Notes under the pieces: generated by a model
The model's database searches: none
The model's input: the letters and a program-made list of their open reading frames with translations, nothing else
Told to the model about the DNA's origin: nothing
Translations under genes and position numbers: made by a program
Part shown: piece after piece, positions 49,113 to 59,700 of the stretch
Numbering within the stretch: position 1 is the stretch's first letter
How the letters are laid out: each line of letters begins with the position of its first letter
NCBI GenBank assembly: GCA_021513695.1
Contig: CP084166.1
Coordinates: 96,001 to 160,000 of the forward strand
Direction: 5' to 3'
DNA length: 64,000 nt
DNA from: Candidatus Heimdallarchaeum aukensis
GTDB taxonomy: Archaea; Asgardarchaeota; Heimdallarchaeia; Heimdallarchaeales; Heimdallarchaeaceae

Positions 49113-51200
49113 TTAAACACTCATTGTGAGGGTTTCATTAAATTGAGGGACAACTAGATCTTTGTGTTTAATAGTAATATTCTCTGGAGTATGAACCATT
49201 ATTTTCTTCCCATTAAGTTCTGAAATAAACTTATCCAAATTTCTAGGAGTAGTGTGTCCACTTATTTGTAGATTGTAAATTTGCTGAGAGTATTGATTTA
49301 AAGCTACAGGATGATTTGTTTTTAATGAGTAGCCTAAAGTTTCAGGGGCTTGATAACCACAGATTATTACTCCAACATCATCATTATCTCTTGTTTCATC
49401 TAAGAGCAATCTAGAGGTTCCTCCTTGAAGCATTCCATTTCCTGCAATTACAATATCTCCATCTTCAAATTCGTCAGCGTTCATACTTTTTAGTAATGTA
49501 TGATCTCCTGAAATACCCATTAATTTTGTTATTTCACTAGCTAACCCAACAATTTTTACATTGTGTTCTTTTGTTAAACGTAGTTTTTCTAAAAGTGTAT
49601 ACATTTCCTGTGCTCTTCCAACAGAAAAAGCTGGGATAATTACCTTTTTATTCTGTTTAACGGCATTTAAAACAGTTGTTTCATTATCAACCTTTTTTAG
49701 ATTTCTATTATAGTATGTTCCATCAAAAATGGTTACATCGGCATCGGTAGGAAATTCAGCTCCTTTGAAAAGATAACTTTTTTCTACTTTAAAATCTCCA
49801 GTAAACAAAATTCTCTTTCCGAATATTTCAATTAAATATCCATAACTTCCAAATACATGAGAAGAAGGAATAGGAGTAATTAAGAACTCAGGAGAAATCT
49901 CTATAGATTTTTTAGGTTTAAGTGGATTAAATCTATTAAAGAAATGAATTAATGTTGATTCACTTTTTATTGCTTTTAGGTATGGTGATAATAACTTTTC
50001 ATCAGGTATTCCTTTTAACATTGTTGAAGTGTTGAAAAGTAACTTTTCTCCTATTACTTTTGTATTTACACTTCCATACCATCTTTTTTCTTCATCAATA
50101 TTTACTAAATAAGGTAGAGCTCCAATATGATCTAAATGAGCATGGGTCACAAGTATTGCTTTCACAGTTCTCAAAGAAGGATGCCATCGAGGAATAGAAT
50201 AGTTGCTAACACTCATCCCATAATCTAGTAAAATGGCATCGTTATTATGTTGAATAAGTATAGCCATATTTCCAATTCCTCCACCACCTAAAAATGTAAT
50301 TCGTACTTTTTGGGCTAGTTTATGGCAAGAATAAGCTTTTTTCGAAGCAAATTCTTTAATTAACTTTGGAGGAGTATTTGCTAATTCTTCTAATTTTACT
50401 ATTCTAGGTTCTACTTTTTCTCTTATTTTCTCAAAGAATGGTTTGTATGTAATGGGGACAATTGGGTATTTACTTTTATTTAAAAGATTTTCAATCTTTT
50501 TTTGAACTTCTGGAATTGATGTTTTTTTATCCAGAGAAAGTTCTGAAATAATAAATTCACTATATCTTAAATCTAGTTCAGATAGTAGCTTATAATCTAT
50601 AAAAAAATCTAGAAATTCTAGCACTTCTGTAGGAAAATTTGGAATAAATTCTTCTAAATAGTTAGATTTTTCTTGTAATAGCTTAACCATTTTTTCTAAT
50701 TTTTCTGCTAATTCCTGAGTTTTTTGGTTGATGGTAAATGGTACGTTTAGTTTTTCTAAAATAGCGATGAATTCTGAAAAAGATCTAGGTTTTATACCCA
50801 TATCTCTACAAAAGTTTAGATACTGAAAGTAATCAATCTCTCTTTTTTTTACTTTCTTGGTTGAATAAATTAGAAAGAACAATATTATATTTTCATGTTT
50901 CAGACTATCTGTAAGCTGTAAATGTTGAAAAACCTCCTTTACAAGTTTAATATCGATTAAATCCTTTGCATACAAAGTAAATAAAACAGCAAGAAATTGT
51001 TCTCTTTGTTCTATGTCAATAGGTGTATTCCATGAAAGATTGAAGATATCTCCTATTGTTTTTGGGATTTCTTCAATTTCTCCTTTTTCTAGTATTCTAC
51101 TAAAATGTTTAACTTGCGTAATTAACTCTTCTTCTATTTGGGGTTCCTTTTCACCATTTAACAAAAATTCAATAATATTTTTTCCTGCTTGAATACTCAT
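49113..51200 (-). CDS. Metallo-beta-lactamase-fold / beta-CASP-like hydrolase (putative nuclease) with a roughly 290-aa N-terminal domain of unknown function
   Basis: The motifs are GGGGIGNMAIL, ILVTHAHLDHIGALPYL (HxHxDH) and a C-terminal ISGHTTPRNL (beta-CASP motif C-like). Confidence 0.55.
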   Translation of the reverse strand: MSIQAGKNIIEFLLNGEKEPQIEEELITQVKHFSRILEKGEIEEIPKTIGDIFNLSWNTPIDIEQREQFLAVLFTLYAKDLIDIKLVKEVFQHLQLTDSLKHENIILFFLIYSTKKVKKREIDYFQYLNFCRDMGIKPRSFSEFIAILEKLNVPFTINQKTQELAEKLEKMVKLLQEKSNYLEEFIPNFPTEVLEFLDFFIDYKLLSELDLRYSEFIISELSLDKKTSIPEVQKKIENLLNKSKYPIVPITYKPFFEKIREKVEPRIVKLEELANTPPKLIKEFASKKAYSCHKLAQKVRITFLGGGGIGNMAILIQHNNDAILLDYGMSVSNYSIPRWHPSLRTVKAILVTHAHLDHIGALPYLVNIDEEKRWYGSVNTKVIGEKLLFNTSTMLKGIPDEKLLSPYLKAIKSESTLIHFFNRFNPLKPKKSIEISPEFLITPIPSSHVFGSYGYLIEIFGKRILFTGDFKVEKSYLFKGAEFPTDADVTIFDGTYYNRNLKKVDNETTVLNAVKQNKKVIIPAFSVGRAQEMYTLLEKLRLTKEHNVKIVGLASEITKLMGISGDHTLLKSMNADEFEDGDIVIAGNGMLQGGTSRLLLDETRDNDDVGVIICGYQAPETLGYSLKTNHPVALNQYSQQIYNLQISGHTTPRNLDKFISELNGKKIMVHTPENITIKHKDLVVPQFNETLTMSV

Positions 51201-51291
51201 TTTTCTATCACATAAGTTGGAAATTAATTAAAGTCAAAGATAATATAGACACATAGCTAATAATAAAAGGAAATGAAGAGTAAGAAAATAA

Positions 51292-52254
51292 TCATTTTTC
51301 TTCTTCATCATCATTTAACAAGCTACTGAAGGCTGCTCTTAATTCATTTTGAAGTGATTCTTTCATTTGCTTTGTAGATTTTTTAGGAGTAGCTGGTGTA
51401 GGCTCTGATACTGGGCTTACTTCATCTGATTCTTCCATTCGTTGAGATCTTCTTTGTTGAGCAGCTTTAACTTCTGAAAGTAAAGCTTGTTGTGGAGAAA
51501 GAGGTCTTGATGCTTGTGCAGCTTGTTCTCTCTCTTTTTTATGAGCATCAGGATCAACTTTCTTTAATTTTGCTTTTGCTTCCAGAATTGCTGAAGCTGT
51601 TGGTCCACCTAATGGTCCCACACCTCCCCCACCCATAGGTCCTGGGCCAGGAGCTGGTGATTGTTGCACTGGAGCTTTTTGTAATTTTGCTTTTGCTTCC
51701 AGAATTGCTGAAGCTGTTGGTCCACCTAATGGTCCCACACCTCCCCCACCCATAGGTCCTGGGCTAGGTGCTGGTGATTGTTGCACTGGAGCTTTTTGTA
51801 AAGATTTGGCAGCATTAGCTATCTCGCTAGCAAATCCTGGAGAACCTGGCCCTGCTCCTAGATTAGGAGCTGGTGCAGGAGCTCCACTTAAATTTGGTGT
51901 TGGAGCTGGTCCCCCTAGATTAGGCGCAGAAGTCGCTCCACCCCCTATATTTGGCGCTGGAGCTGGTCCAGAACTCAATTTAGGTGCAGAAGGTATCGAG
52001 GGACTTGGAGTACTTCCACCTATACTTGGAGCACTAGGCATTCCCATTCCTCCTCCAGGTGCTCCACCTAATTTATTCTCCAAAGCTGTTATTCGCGCAT
52101 CTAATTCGTTAATAGCATCTTCAATTCTTTCTGTAGATTTGATCATAATACTTCCAAAGTTTTCAAGAAGTCTAGTTAATTTTGCAATCGCAGTTTTCGT
52201 AGGGGAAGAACCTTCAGATAATAAATTGTCTAGGTACTCATCAATTGACATCAA
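51292..52254 (-). CDS. Low-complexity Pro/Gly/Ala-rich protein with an N-terminal coiled coil, two 39-aa repeats each ending in a WH2-like AILEAKAKL(Q/K)K(A/V) motif, and an acidic C-terminal tail (LLNDDEEEK)
   Basis: The translation contains LQKAPVQQSPAPSPGPMGGGGVGPLGGPTASAILEAKAK twice. Its N-terminus is IDEYLDNLL...ITALENKLGG. Confidence 0.5.
   Translation of the reverse strand: MMSIDEYLDNLLSEGSSPTKTAIAKLTRLLENFGSIMIKSTERIEDAINELDARITALENKLGGAPGGGMGMPSAPSIGGSTPSPSIPSAPKLSSGPAPAPNIGGGATSAPNLGGPAPTPNLSGAPAPAPNLGAGPGSPGFASEIANAAKSLQKAPVQQSPAPSPGPMGGGGVGPLGGPTASAILEAKAKLQKAPVQQSPAPGPGPMGGGGVGPLGGPTASAILEAKAKLKKVDPDAHKKEREQAAQASRPLSPQQALLSEVKAAQQRRSQRMEESDEVSPVSEPTPATPKKSTKQMKESLQNELRAAFSSLLNDDEEEK
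51566..51799 (-). repeat. Coding tandem repeat of 2 x 117 bp (about 97% identical)
   Basis: Copy 1 is 51566-51682 and copy 2 is 51683-51799. They differ at gccaggagc vs gctaggtgc. Confidence 0.85.
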
Positions 52255-52335
52255 ATATCAAAATATACTAGACTGAAAACTATAAAAAGACTTTGTTAAT
52301 GCATAATGAAAAAGAAAAATTAATTGTTCTTGAAA

Positions 52336-53364
52336 TTAGAACGCCTCTGAAAGAACTTTAACTACTTTTTCAATATCTTCTCTGCTTATATTGAAGTGAG
52401 TTACAAAACGAATCAATTGCTCTCCCATTTGTGTTACTAAAACCCCTTGTTTTTCTAGTTTTTTGCTTAAGGTATTTGCATTATATTCTGAGTCTGAAAG
52501 ATCAATAATTACAATGTTTGTATCCACAGGTTTGACAATTATATTTTCCTTTTCTCGAAGAACTTTTTCAATCATTTTAGCGTGATCATGATCTTCTTTT
52601 AATCTATCAATCATATGGTTAAGGGCATATATTCCTGGTGCTGCTATAACTCCTGCCTGTCTCATTCCCCCTCCTACTCTTTTTCTGTTTTTTCTGGCTT
52701 TTTCAATAAACTCTTCTGTTCCCACGATTATAGAACCAATTGGACAAGCAAGTCCTTTACTTAAACAAATCTGTATTGAATCTGCATGTTCTACTAGTTT
52801 TGCTGGAGAAATATCTAACGCTACTGAAGCGTTAAATAATCTAGCTCCATCAATATGTACAGGAACTTCATAATCATGTGCTAGTTTTGCTATTTCGTCC
52901 ATATTCGATTTAGGAATAACTCTTCCTCCCCCTCTGTTGTGAGTATTTTCAATACATACTAATTTAGGATCTGCGTAATGAACATTATATGGTCTAGAAA
53001 GAATTGCTTCAATATCTTTAGGATCCATTAACCCATTGTCTCCTCTTATTAAATAAGGTAAAGCTCCAACTATTGATGCAATTCCACCAGCTTCATACAA
53101 ATATATATGGCTCTCTGCTTCTAAAATTATTCCTTCTCCTTTATTTAGATGAGTCATCTCTGAAACTAGATTTCCTTGTGTACCACTTGTAACTAGTAAG
53201 CCTGCTTCTTTACCTAGTATTTTTGCTGCTAAAACCTCTAATTCTTGTACTGTAGGGTCTTCTCTCCAAACATCATCGCCTAATTTAGCTGTTAAAATTG
53301 TTTCTAACATCTCTTTTGGAGGTAAAGTTAATGTATCAGAACGCAAATCAATTACTTTTTTCAT
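52336..53364 (-). CDS. ltaE: Low-specificity L-threonine aldolase (PLP-dependent beta-eliminating lyase family)
   Basis: The N-terminus is VIDLRSDTLTLPPKEML. The size and overall PLP-fold pattern fit the family. Confidence 0.7.
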   Translation of the reverse strand: MKKVIDLRSDTLTLPPKEMLETILTAKLGDDVWREDPTVQELEVLAAKILGKEAGLLVTSGTQGNLVSEMTHLNKGEGIILEAESHIYLYEAGGIASIVGALPYLIRGDNGLMDPKDIEAILSRPYNVHYADPKLVCIENTHNRGGGRVIPKSNMDEIAKLAHDYEVPVHIDGARLFNASVALDISPAKLVEHADSIQICLSKGLACPIGSIIVGTEEFIEKARKNRKRVGGGMRQAGVIAAPGIYALNHMIDRLKEDHDHAKMIEKVLREKENIIVKPVDTNIVIIDLSDSEYNANTLSKKLEKQGVLVTQMGEQLIRFVTHFNISREDIEKVVKVLSEAF

Positions 53365-53425
53365 TTCAAATATTATTTGAACAAGCTATTTAAATTATTT
53401 TTGATAAAAAAAGAGAAAATAAAAA

Positions 53426-54961
53426 CTAAAGGAATTTAGGTGGTTCAGGGATATTATCTAAATATTTAAGGAAAGGTTCTGGCCATTCGTCAGTTTTTAA
53501 GCCTTTTTGAGAAACAAAGGCAGTAATAAATCGTTCAAAACTTCCTCCTCCACAGCCTGACCAAAGATCTTTTCCTCCTTCAGTTTTTACACTAAATCCT
53601 CTTGGATATTTGTCTCCTATAATAGAAATATTCTGGATTTCTAACCACTCACTTTCTTCTCTAGAACCTCTATAAGGCATATAAGTTTCGAAGTCAATTG
53701 TACCAACAAGCATGTCTTCTTCCTCTTCATCTTTTGCAGATTGTTCAAGCCACCAAGGCATAACTTTTGCTTCTCGGACTTCTAAATCAAAAATTCTGTC
53801 AAAAACTTCTCTTAATTTCTTTCTTGTTTCAGTTGCTACCTCTTTTACTTGTTTTGGAGTGCCAATAAACAATGTTTCAATTCTATGTAATTCATCTACT
53901 CTTTCAAAACCATAAGCAGAGCCAGATTCATATCTATATGTTGGTCCACTCCAATCATAAACTAGTATAGGTAAGCTCTCTTTAGCAATTGTTTTTCCTT
54001 GAAGCCAAGCCCAGAAAGGAGGACATTGAGCATAAGACAATCCTCCTATTGGAGGAGTGATTTTTTCATATAGTTTGTCTTCAGGAATTGTTTTTGTTAT
54101 TGTTATATAATCAGCTATTTCTTCAAAAAATTCAGGGTTTGCACTTTTAGGTTGAACAACAAAGTACGGTTCAAACCCTCCTTGAAACATTCCTTCTGCA
54201 TGACCAGAGCGTAGCCAAATTGACCAGTCCACAAGCTTTGGTATCATCATTTTCTGATAGTTTAGAGGAGTATATACATGTTCAACCATTATCTTCTTTA
54301 TTGCTTCAATAACTGCTGTAATGGAAGGAGTTAAAATCCATTGATTTCTATAATTTGTTCTTTTAATCCATCCTTCTTTTTCAAGAAGTTTTGTTGGATT
54401 TTTGGAAGTAAGAAGTTTCTTTTCACCTGAATACCAAGCAACTGTATGGTGTTCTTTTTTAGCTCCATGATAATCTTTAGATATTTTATCATTGATTCTT
54501 CTTAATATCCGTTCTATTGCTCCTTTTTCAACAAAATCTTCTTCTATTTCAGGGTCTATCTCAATTCTTGCCCAAGGTTCATCCTCTTTTTTGAAAAACT
54601 CAAGCTTTGATGTTAAAGGTAAAGTAAATTCTCTTTTAGGTTCAAGTTTAAGTTTTTTCTCTATCTCATATTTGATAAATTTAAAACCTCTTAGACCAAT
54701 TTTGTATTTTTTGCCAATTTCTTGTGCTAATTGTTTGCGCATGCGTAAAACTATAGTGTGAGGAGCATATGAGTCAACTGAATTAAGAGAAAGTACAATC
54801 TTCTTATCCTTTATTTCAGAAAGTTCAATAGTGAATTTTCCTTTTGGACGTTTAGAATTTAAATCTTGTTCATATTTTGAAATAAACTGTGTTAAATGTT
54901 CTATACTCTCTTTAGGTAATTCTCCGCTTGTGATAAAATATAGTTCTAAAGTTTGTTTCAT
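53426..54961 (-). CDS. serS: Class II aminoacyl-tRNA synthetase, most like methanogen-type (zinc-dependent) seryl-tRNA synthetase
   Basis: Motif 2 is YRYESGSAYGFERVDELHRIE (SerRS-like R.E.GS.G..RV......E). Motif 3 is GCGGGSFERF. The candidate Zn ligands are C313, E345 and C470, in the Cys/Glu/Cys arrangement known for methanogen-type SerRS. Confidence 0.5.
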   Translation of the reverse strand: MKQTLELYFITSGELPKESIEHLTQFISKYEQDLNSKRPKGKFTIELSEIKDKKIVLSLNSVDSYAPHTIVLRMRKQLAQEIGKKYKIGLRGFKFIKYEIEKKLKLEPKREFTLPLTSKLEFFKKEDEPWARIEIDPEIEEDFVEKGAIERILRRINDKISKDYHGAKKEHHTVAWYSGEKKLLTSKNPTKLLEKEGWIKRTNYRNQWILTPSITAVIEAIKKIMVEHVYTPLNYQKMMIPKLVDWSIWLRSGHAEGMFQGGFEPYFVVQPKSANPEFFEEIADYITITKTIPEDKLYEKITPPIGGLSYAQCPPFWAWLQGKTIAKESLPILVYDWSGPTYRYESGSAYGFERVDELHRIETLFIGTPKQVKEVATETRKKLREVFDRIFDLEVREAKVMPWWLEQSAKDEEEEDMLVGTIDFETYMPYRGSREESEWLEIQNISIIGDKYPRGFSVKTEGGKDLWSGCGGGSFERFITAFVSQKGLKTDEWPEPFLKYLDNIPEPPKFL

Positions 54962-55031
54962 TTCGTTCGATAGAAAGAATCAGTTATCTATTTTAAACTA
55001 TTTCTTCTATCGATAAAAAAGTAAAAAGAAG

Positions 55032-56774
55032 TTATTTGTCATTGATTTTTACTTGTAAGAAATACTCAATTATTTCTTTCAAATCTTTCTTTGTTATACG
55101 TTTATCTGACTGAATTCCACCTTTTTCTAAGACTATGTGTCTCATTCCTGGTCTTAACAAACTAAGATCATGCGAGCAAATAATTACTGTTGTTTGTAAT
55201 TTTTCTGCAACATCCATTAATACATCAATTATGGCTCTTGCCAAATCACTATCTAAATTAGCTGTTGGTTCATCTCCTATTAGAATAGGCGTTTTTCTTG
55301 TTAATGCAAGTGATAAGGAAGCTCGTTGTTTTTCTCCAGCAGAAAGTTCATCAGGATAAGCTTCTAACTTATGTTTTATTTGACATTCCTCAACCATATT
55401 TAGAGAGTACTCTTCATCATAGTCTAATTTAGAAAACAGATAAGGGACAAGAAGATTATCTTTAACTGTAACAGGTTCAAAGAGGTTATTATGCTGAGTG
55501 ATATAAGCAATGTTCTTTAATCTAAACATTGATGTTTCATATTCATCTTTATCATGAAGTGAAACATTATTGATAATTATTTCTCCTTTATCTGCTTTTA
55601 CAAGTCCTGTAATGCAATTAAAAAGGGTAGTTTTTCCTACTCCACTGGGCCCAGTAATCATTACGAAATCTCCTTTTTTAACTTCTAAGTTAATGTTTTT
55701 TATTACTTGATTATAACCTGCTGGAGAATGATATCCTTTGGAAACTCCTTTTAATTGCAAAATATTTTCTCTACTCTCTATGAAGTTGAATTTTCTGCTA
55801 ATAATTTTTTCAATTTCTTCATAAGAAATTTCTCGAGATTCTTTAATCGCTTCGTCAACTGGTTTATTCAAAATCTTGTATATTTCTTCTCTATTTACTA
55901 TATCAGGATTCCAAAATAAACCAAGAGATCCAGCAGGATGAGCGTCAAATTCTACTACATCATAAAGCTTTGTTTTCATCTTTATTTGATCAGGTATTCT
56001 AAGAAGGCTATTTTTATCTAAGTAAGCCCGATTATTTGTAGAAGAACTTGTCATAAATTCAAGTTTATCTTTTTCCATATCTTGACTTACTCCTACTAAT
56101 CTCCCATCTCTAATGATAAAGCTATGTTTGAATACATTTCTAAAGCGGATATCGTGAGTCACAACAACAATAGTTTTACCCGTGTTCTCGTTAATATCTT
56201 TTATAGTATTAATTACTTCTTTAGTATGCTCAGTATCTAATTGACCTGTAGGCTCGTCAAGAAGTAGAAATTTAGGATTTTTAGCTAAGGCTGCACCTAA
56301 AGATAAACGCATAGCCTCTCCACCAGAAATGCGAGAAACGAGATTATTTCGCACATGATATAAGTTTAACAGTTCTAAAATTTCCTTGACTTCTCTTCTG
56401 GCTTGCTCTCTTGGAATGTAAAATAATTTTTTGTGTATCATAAGATTCTTTTCAACAGAGAGATTTGAGAATAAGTTATCGCTAATATTTTGATTGATCA
56501 ACCCAATGTATCTGAATCTGAACTCTCTTAGTTGTTTTTGAGACATTTTTTCTAAATGATGGTTGTCAATAATGACTGATCCTCCAGTAATATCTTCTAA
56601 GCCAGATAAAATCTTGATTAATGTGGTTTTTCCTGCTCCAGAAGGACCAACTATACTTACAAGATCACCTTTTTCTACATATAAATCTAATCCTCTTAAA
56701 GCAGCAACTTTATAATCAGAATGAGGGTCGAAATAAATTTTAAATAAATCAATACATTGTATCATTTTTATCAC
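55032..56774 (-). CDS. Tandem-NBD ABC ATPase, paralog 3
   Basis: NBD1 has GPSGAGKTTL, ISGGEAMR, LLDEPTGQLD and VVTHDIRF. NBD2 has GPSGVGKTTL, LSAGEKQRASLSLAL, LIGDEPTANLD and CSHDLSL. The start is GTG 56774 (GTGA overlap) or ATG 56765. Confidence 0.85.
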   Translation of the reverse strand: MIKMIQCIDLFKIYFDPHSDYKVAALRGLDLYVEKGDLVSIVGPSGAGKTTLIKILSGLEDITGGSVIIDNHHLEKMSQKQLREFRFRYIGLINQNISDNLFSNLSVEKNLMIHKKLFYIPREQARREVKEILELLNLYHVRNNLVSRISGGEAMRLSLGAALAKNPKFLLLDEPTGQLDTEHTKEVINTIKDINENTGKTIVVVTHDIRFRNVFKHSFIIRDGRLVGVSQDMEKDKLEFMTSSSTNNRAYLDKNSLLRIPDQIKMKTKLYDVVEFDAHPAGSLGLFWNPDIVNREEIYKILNKPVDEAIKESREISYEEIEKIISRKFNFIESRENILQLKGVSKGYHSPAGYNQVIKNINLEVKKGDFVMITGPSGVGKTTLFNCITGLVKADKGEIIINNVSLHDKDEYETSMFRLKNIAYITQHNNLFEPVTVKDNLLVPYLFSKLDYDEEYSLNMVEECQIKHKLEAYPDELSAGEKQRASLSLALTRKTPILIGDEPTANLDSDLARAIIDVLMDVAEKLQTTVIICSHDLSLLRPGMRHIVLEKGGIQSDKRITKKDLKEIIEYFLQVKINDK

Positions 56775-59700
56775 TCCAAATTCATAGGTTGATATCTAGC
56801 AAATTGCATTTTCATTGTCATGTAGAATATAGAGAAAAACATAACAGGAATAACTAGAAAAATTATCACCGCAATAACTGGTGGAAACTGAATAGGATTA
56901 GGCAATATCTCTTGCCTTAGGCTTCTTAACACTCTTCGTATAATTTCAGTTATTGTAAAACCTACTGCTGTACCACTGATTATTCCAGGAAGAATTCCAA
57001 TCATGAATAATTCAAAGGAACTCATTTGAATTATAAGTTTGTTAGGTATACCCATCTTCTTAAGAATGTCATGCTTACCCATTCTTCTTTGCAATATCTT
57101 AAGAGGATTACTCATACTTGTAAATACAATAGAGATTATGCAAATTAATAATGAAAAAACAAATATTGAAACTATCGAAGCATAAAAGGGAAGATTGGTA
57201 CGGTAAATTTCTTGTTCTTCTTCAACTATGTTAATGATTTCTAGATTGTATTTCTCTTCTAAACTTGAAGAAAATTGAACTATATCCGTTTTTTCTTCAA
57301 CATTTATTAATAATCTATAACCAAATACTCCAAAAACGGTTAAACTCTCTTCTATTTTCTCATAATTGCTCTCTGTTAGAACAATCATAGGAGTTCCTCC
57401 CGATTCTCGTGGACCATAAGGATAGATTATGGGGAAATAGTCAAACTCATCTATTATCTTCACTTCTACGTCATCGAATGAGTATTTCATTTCGCTAATA
57501 TCAAAGAAAAACTTGAAGTTGCTAGAAACAATTATCTCTTTATCGTTATCCAGTTGAGGAATAATATCATCCCAATTTTTGTAAAATCTTTCTGAAGGTT
57601 TATACGCTGTATTATAGAAATCCGAAGCTTTTTGAATCACTAAAAGATTTAACTGTCTTCCTCCAAACATTGCGTCAACTTGAGAAACGTTACATATGCC
57701 GATTACTTCGGGAAGAATTTTAATTTCATCACTGATACTGGAATTAACGTTATTGTAATTGCTTATATACATATCAGCTCCTGCCATAAAGTAAGAATCT
57801 TTTATTATCCCATTCTGCATTGTTAGAGGAGCAGCTATTGCAGGAACAGCAATTCCTACCAAAAGTAAATAGGTCAAGAAAATATCATTAAACAATGAAA
57901 GATCTGTTTTTACTTCAACTAATGAGAAAGTGAATATATTCTTCTTAATTTTCCACAAAGTTTTGCTTAAAACTGCCATAATAAAAGAGTGAAGATCTTT
58001 TAAAATTAGTCCTAAACCGAATAAAGATATCATTACTCCAATTCCAATAATATACACGAAAATGTTTATCAATTGGTTATCTGAAGAAGAAAGATTTTCG
58101 CTGAAAGTTAGATATAGTTTTAGTCCTCCGTAAATTATTCCTCCTCCAACAGCAATAATAATGAAGTTGCCGATTTTCACCTTTTTAAGAAAAGAAACAA
58201 ATTTGTTATAATCTCTTATTTGCTCCTTCTTTATTTTTGCCATTCTTATTGTTAAAGGTAAAGTAATAATTATTAAACCAAAGAACGAAATTGTGAAAAT
58301 TAAAGGAAGATTCTTTAACGAAGGCATTGTAGAACTTAGATTGAAAGAGACAAATCTATCTAATTTTAATAAAATGGGAATAATCAGTATTGCTTCTCCT
58401 AAACCTAAAAAGGTTGCAATAAGTGATTCTACAAATTTCATTACTGTGTTCAGATAAACTATTTTTCCAGTTGACAACCCTTTGGAACGGAGAATTTTAA
58501 TTTCTTCATCAAAACTTGTAGCAAATAAGGCATTTGTTTCAAAAATCAAGAATAGTGCAAGGTAAAGGACAGGTATTGATAATAAAACAATTAGAAATTG
58601 AGTAGAGGAATAGGAAGGAACTAAACTTTGCAATACTAGTTTTAATTCAGTTGAAATAACCCAAGAACCACCTAAATCAAATTTTACAGGATGATCGTAA
58701 CTTGGTTGTAAAATGTCAAAATCATTTATTAGTTTTCCAATATTTTTAGAATTAACTAAAGAAAAATCATAGAAAAATTGAACTATACCATCAAATTTCA
58801 GATGTTGAACTGGCATAGTTTTTAAACTTGACAGATAAAAATCATTGAAAGTTATTGCACCGATGTATTGTGAAATCATTTCTATGAGATCATATGATAA
58901 TCCATAATCTCTACTCATCTTAAATAATGAAGGTTCTGTTGGTTTTTCGTAAATCCCTACAATAGTCATGTTCACTCTTTCTTTTAAACCTCCAACAGAG
59001 ACATCTGCACCAACAAAGACAATAGTGTCGTTTATTGTTTTATTGAAAGCTGTCGCTGTAGTTTGATCGATTATAACTTCATTGATTTTATCAGGTAACC
59101 TACCTGAAACTAGAATTCTTCCCAAAATATCCTTATAATTAGTAGATAAGGAATAATATGATTCTACGCTCTGAACTGTACTCTCAGTATCCTTCTTAAA
59201 TAGAATTCGCATTTGCATTGAATAATCAGAATCAATAATTATATCCTTCAAAACTTCAGTTTTAAAAGCGATAGTTGAAAGAATCTCGTTCATAACAGCA
59301 GAAGAAAAATTCTCGTAAAAAGGTGAGTATTCATTTACTCTCCCCCATCTCGCGGAAAGAACATTATGCATTCTCGAAAACGTAGCTGAAGCTTTTTCAT
59401 CTTCTTCTAAATGAGCATCTTCTAAATATTGTTGTATCATCATGTTTTGTTTATATGAAAAGAGTGAAGAAGAAGAGAAAACAATCATTGCCAAAATTGA
59501 TAAGCCTAGTATTGTTATTATAGCTCTCTTTTTGTTTGATCTCCATAAATCGAAAGGAAGACTCAATGAACTTACAATAAAAACCCATAGATTGAGAAAT
59601 ACTAAAACAAATTTACTTTTTCCAGTTTTTATAGGTCTAAATAAAAACCTAAATAGTTTTTTTCCTTGATTTACTATTTTTTTGTAAAATATGGCTATAA

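Noticed and set aside
51806-52276. 156-aa + strand ORF (Pro/Gly-rich)
   Set aside because: It is the antisense of the Pro/Gly-rich gene 51292..52254. It is a low-complexity mirror ORF.
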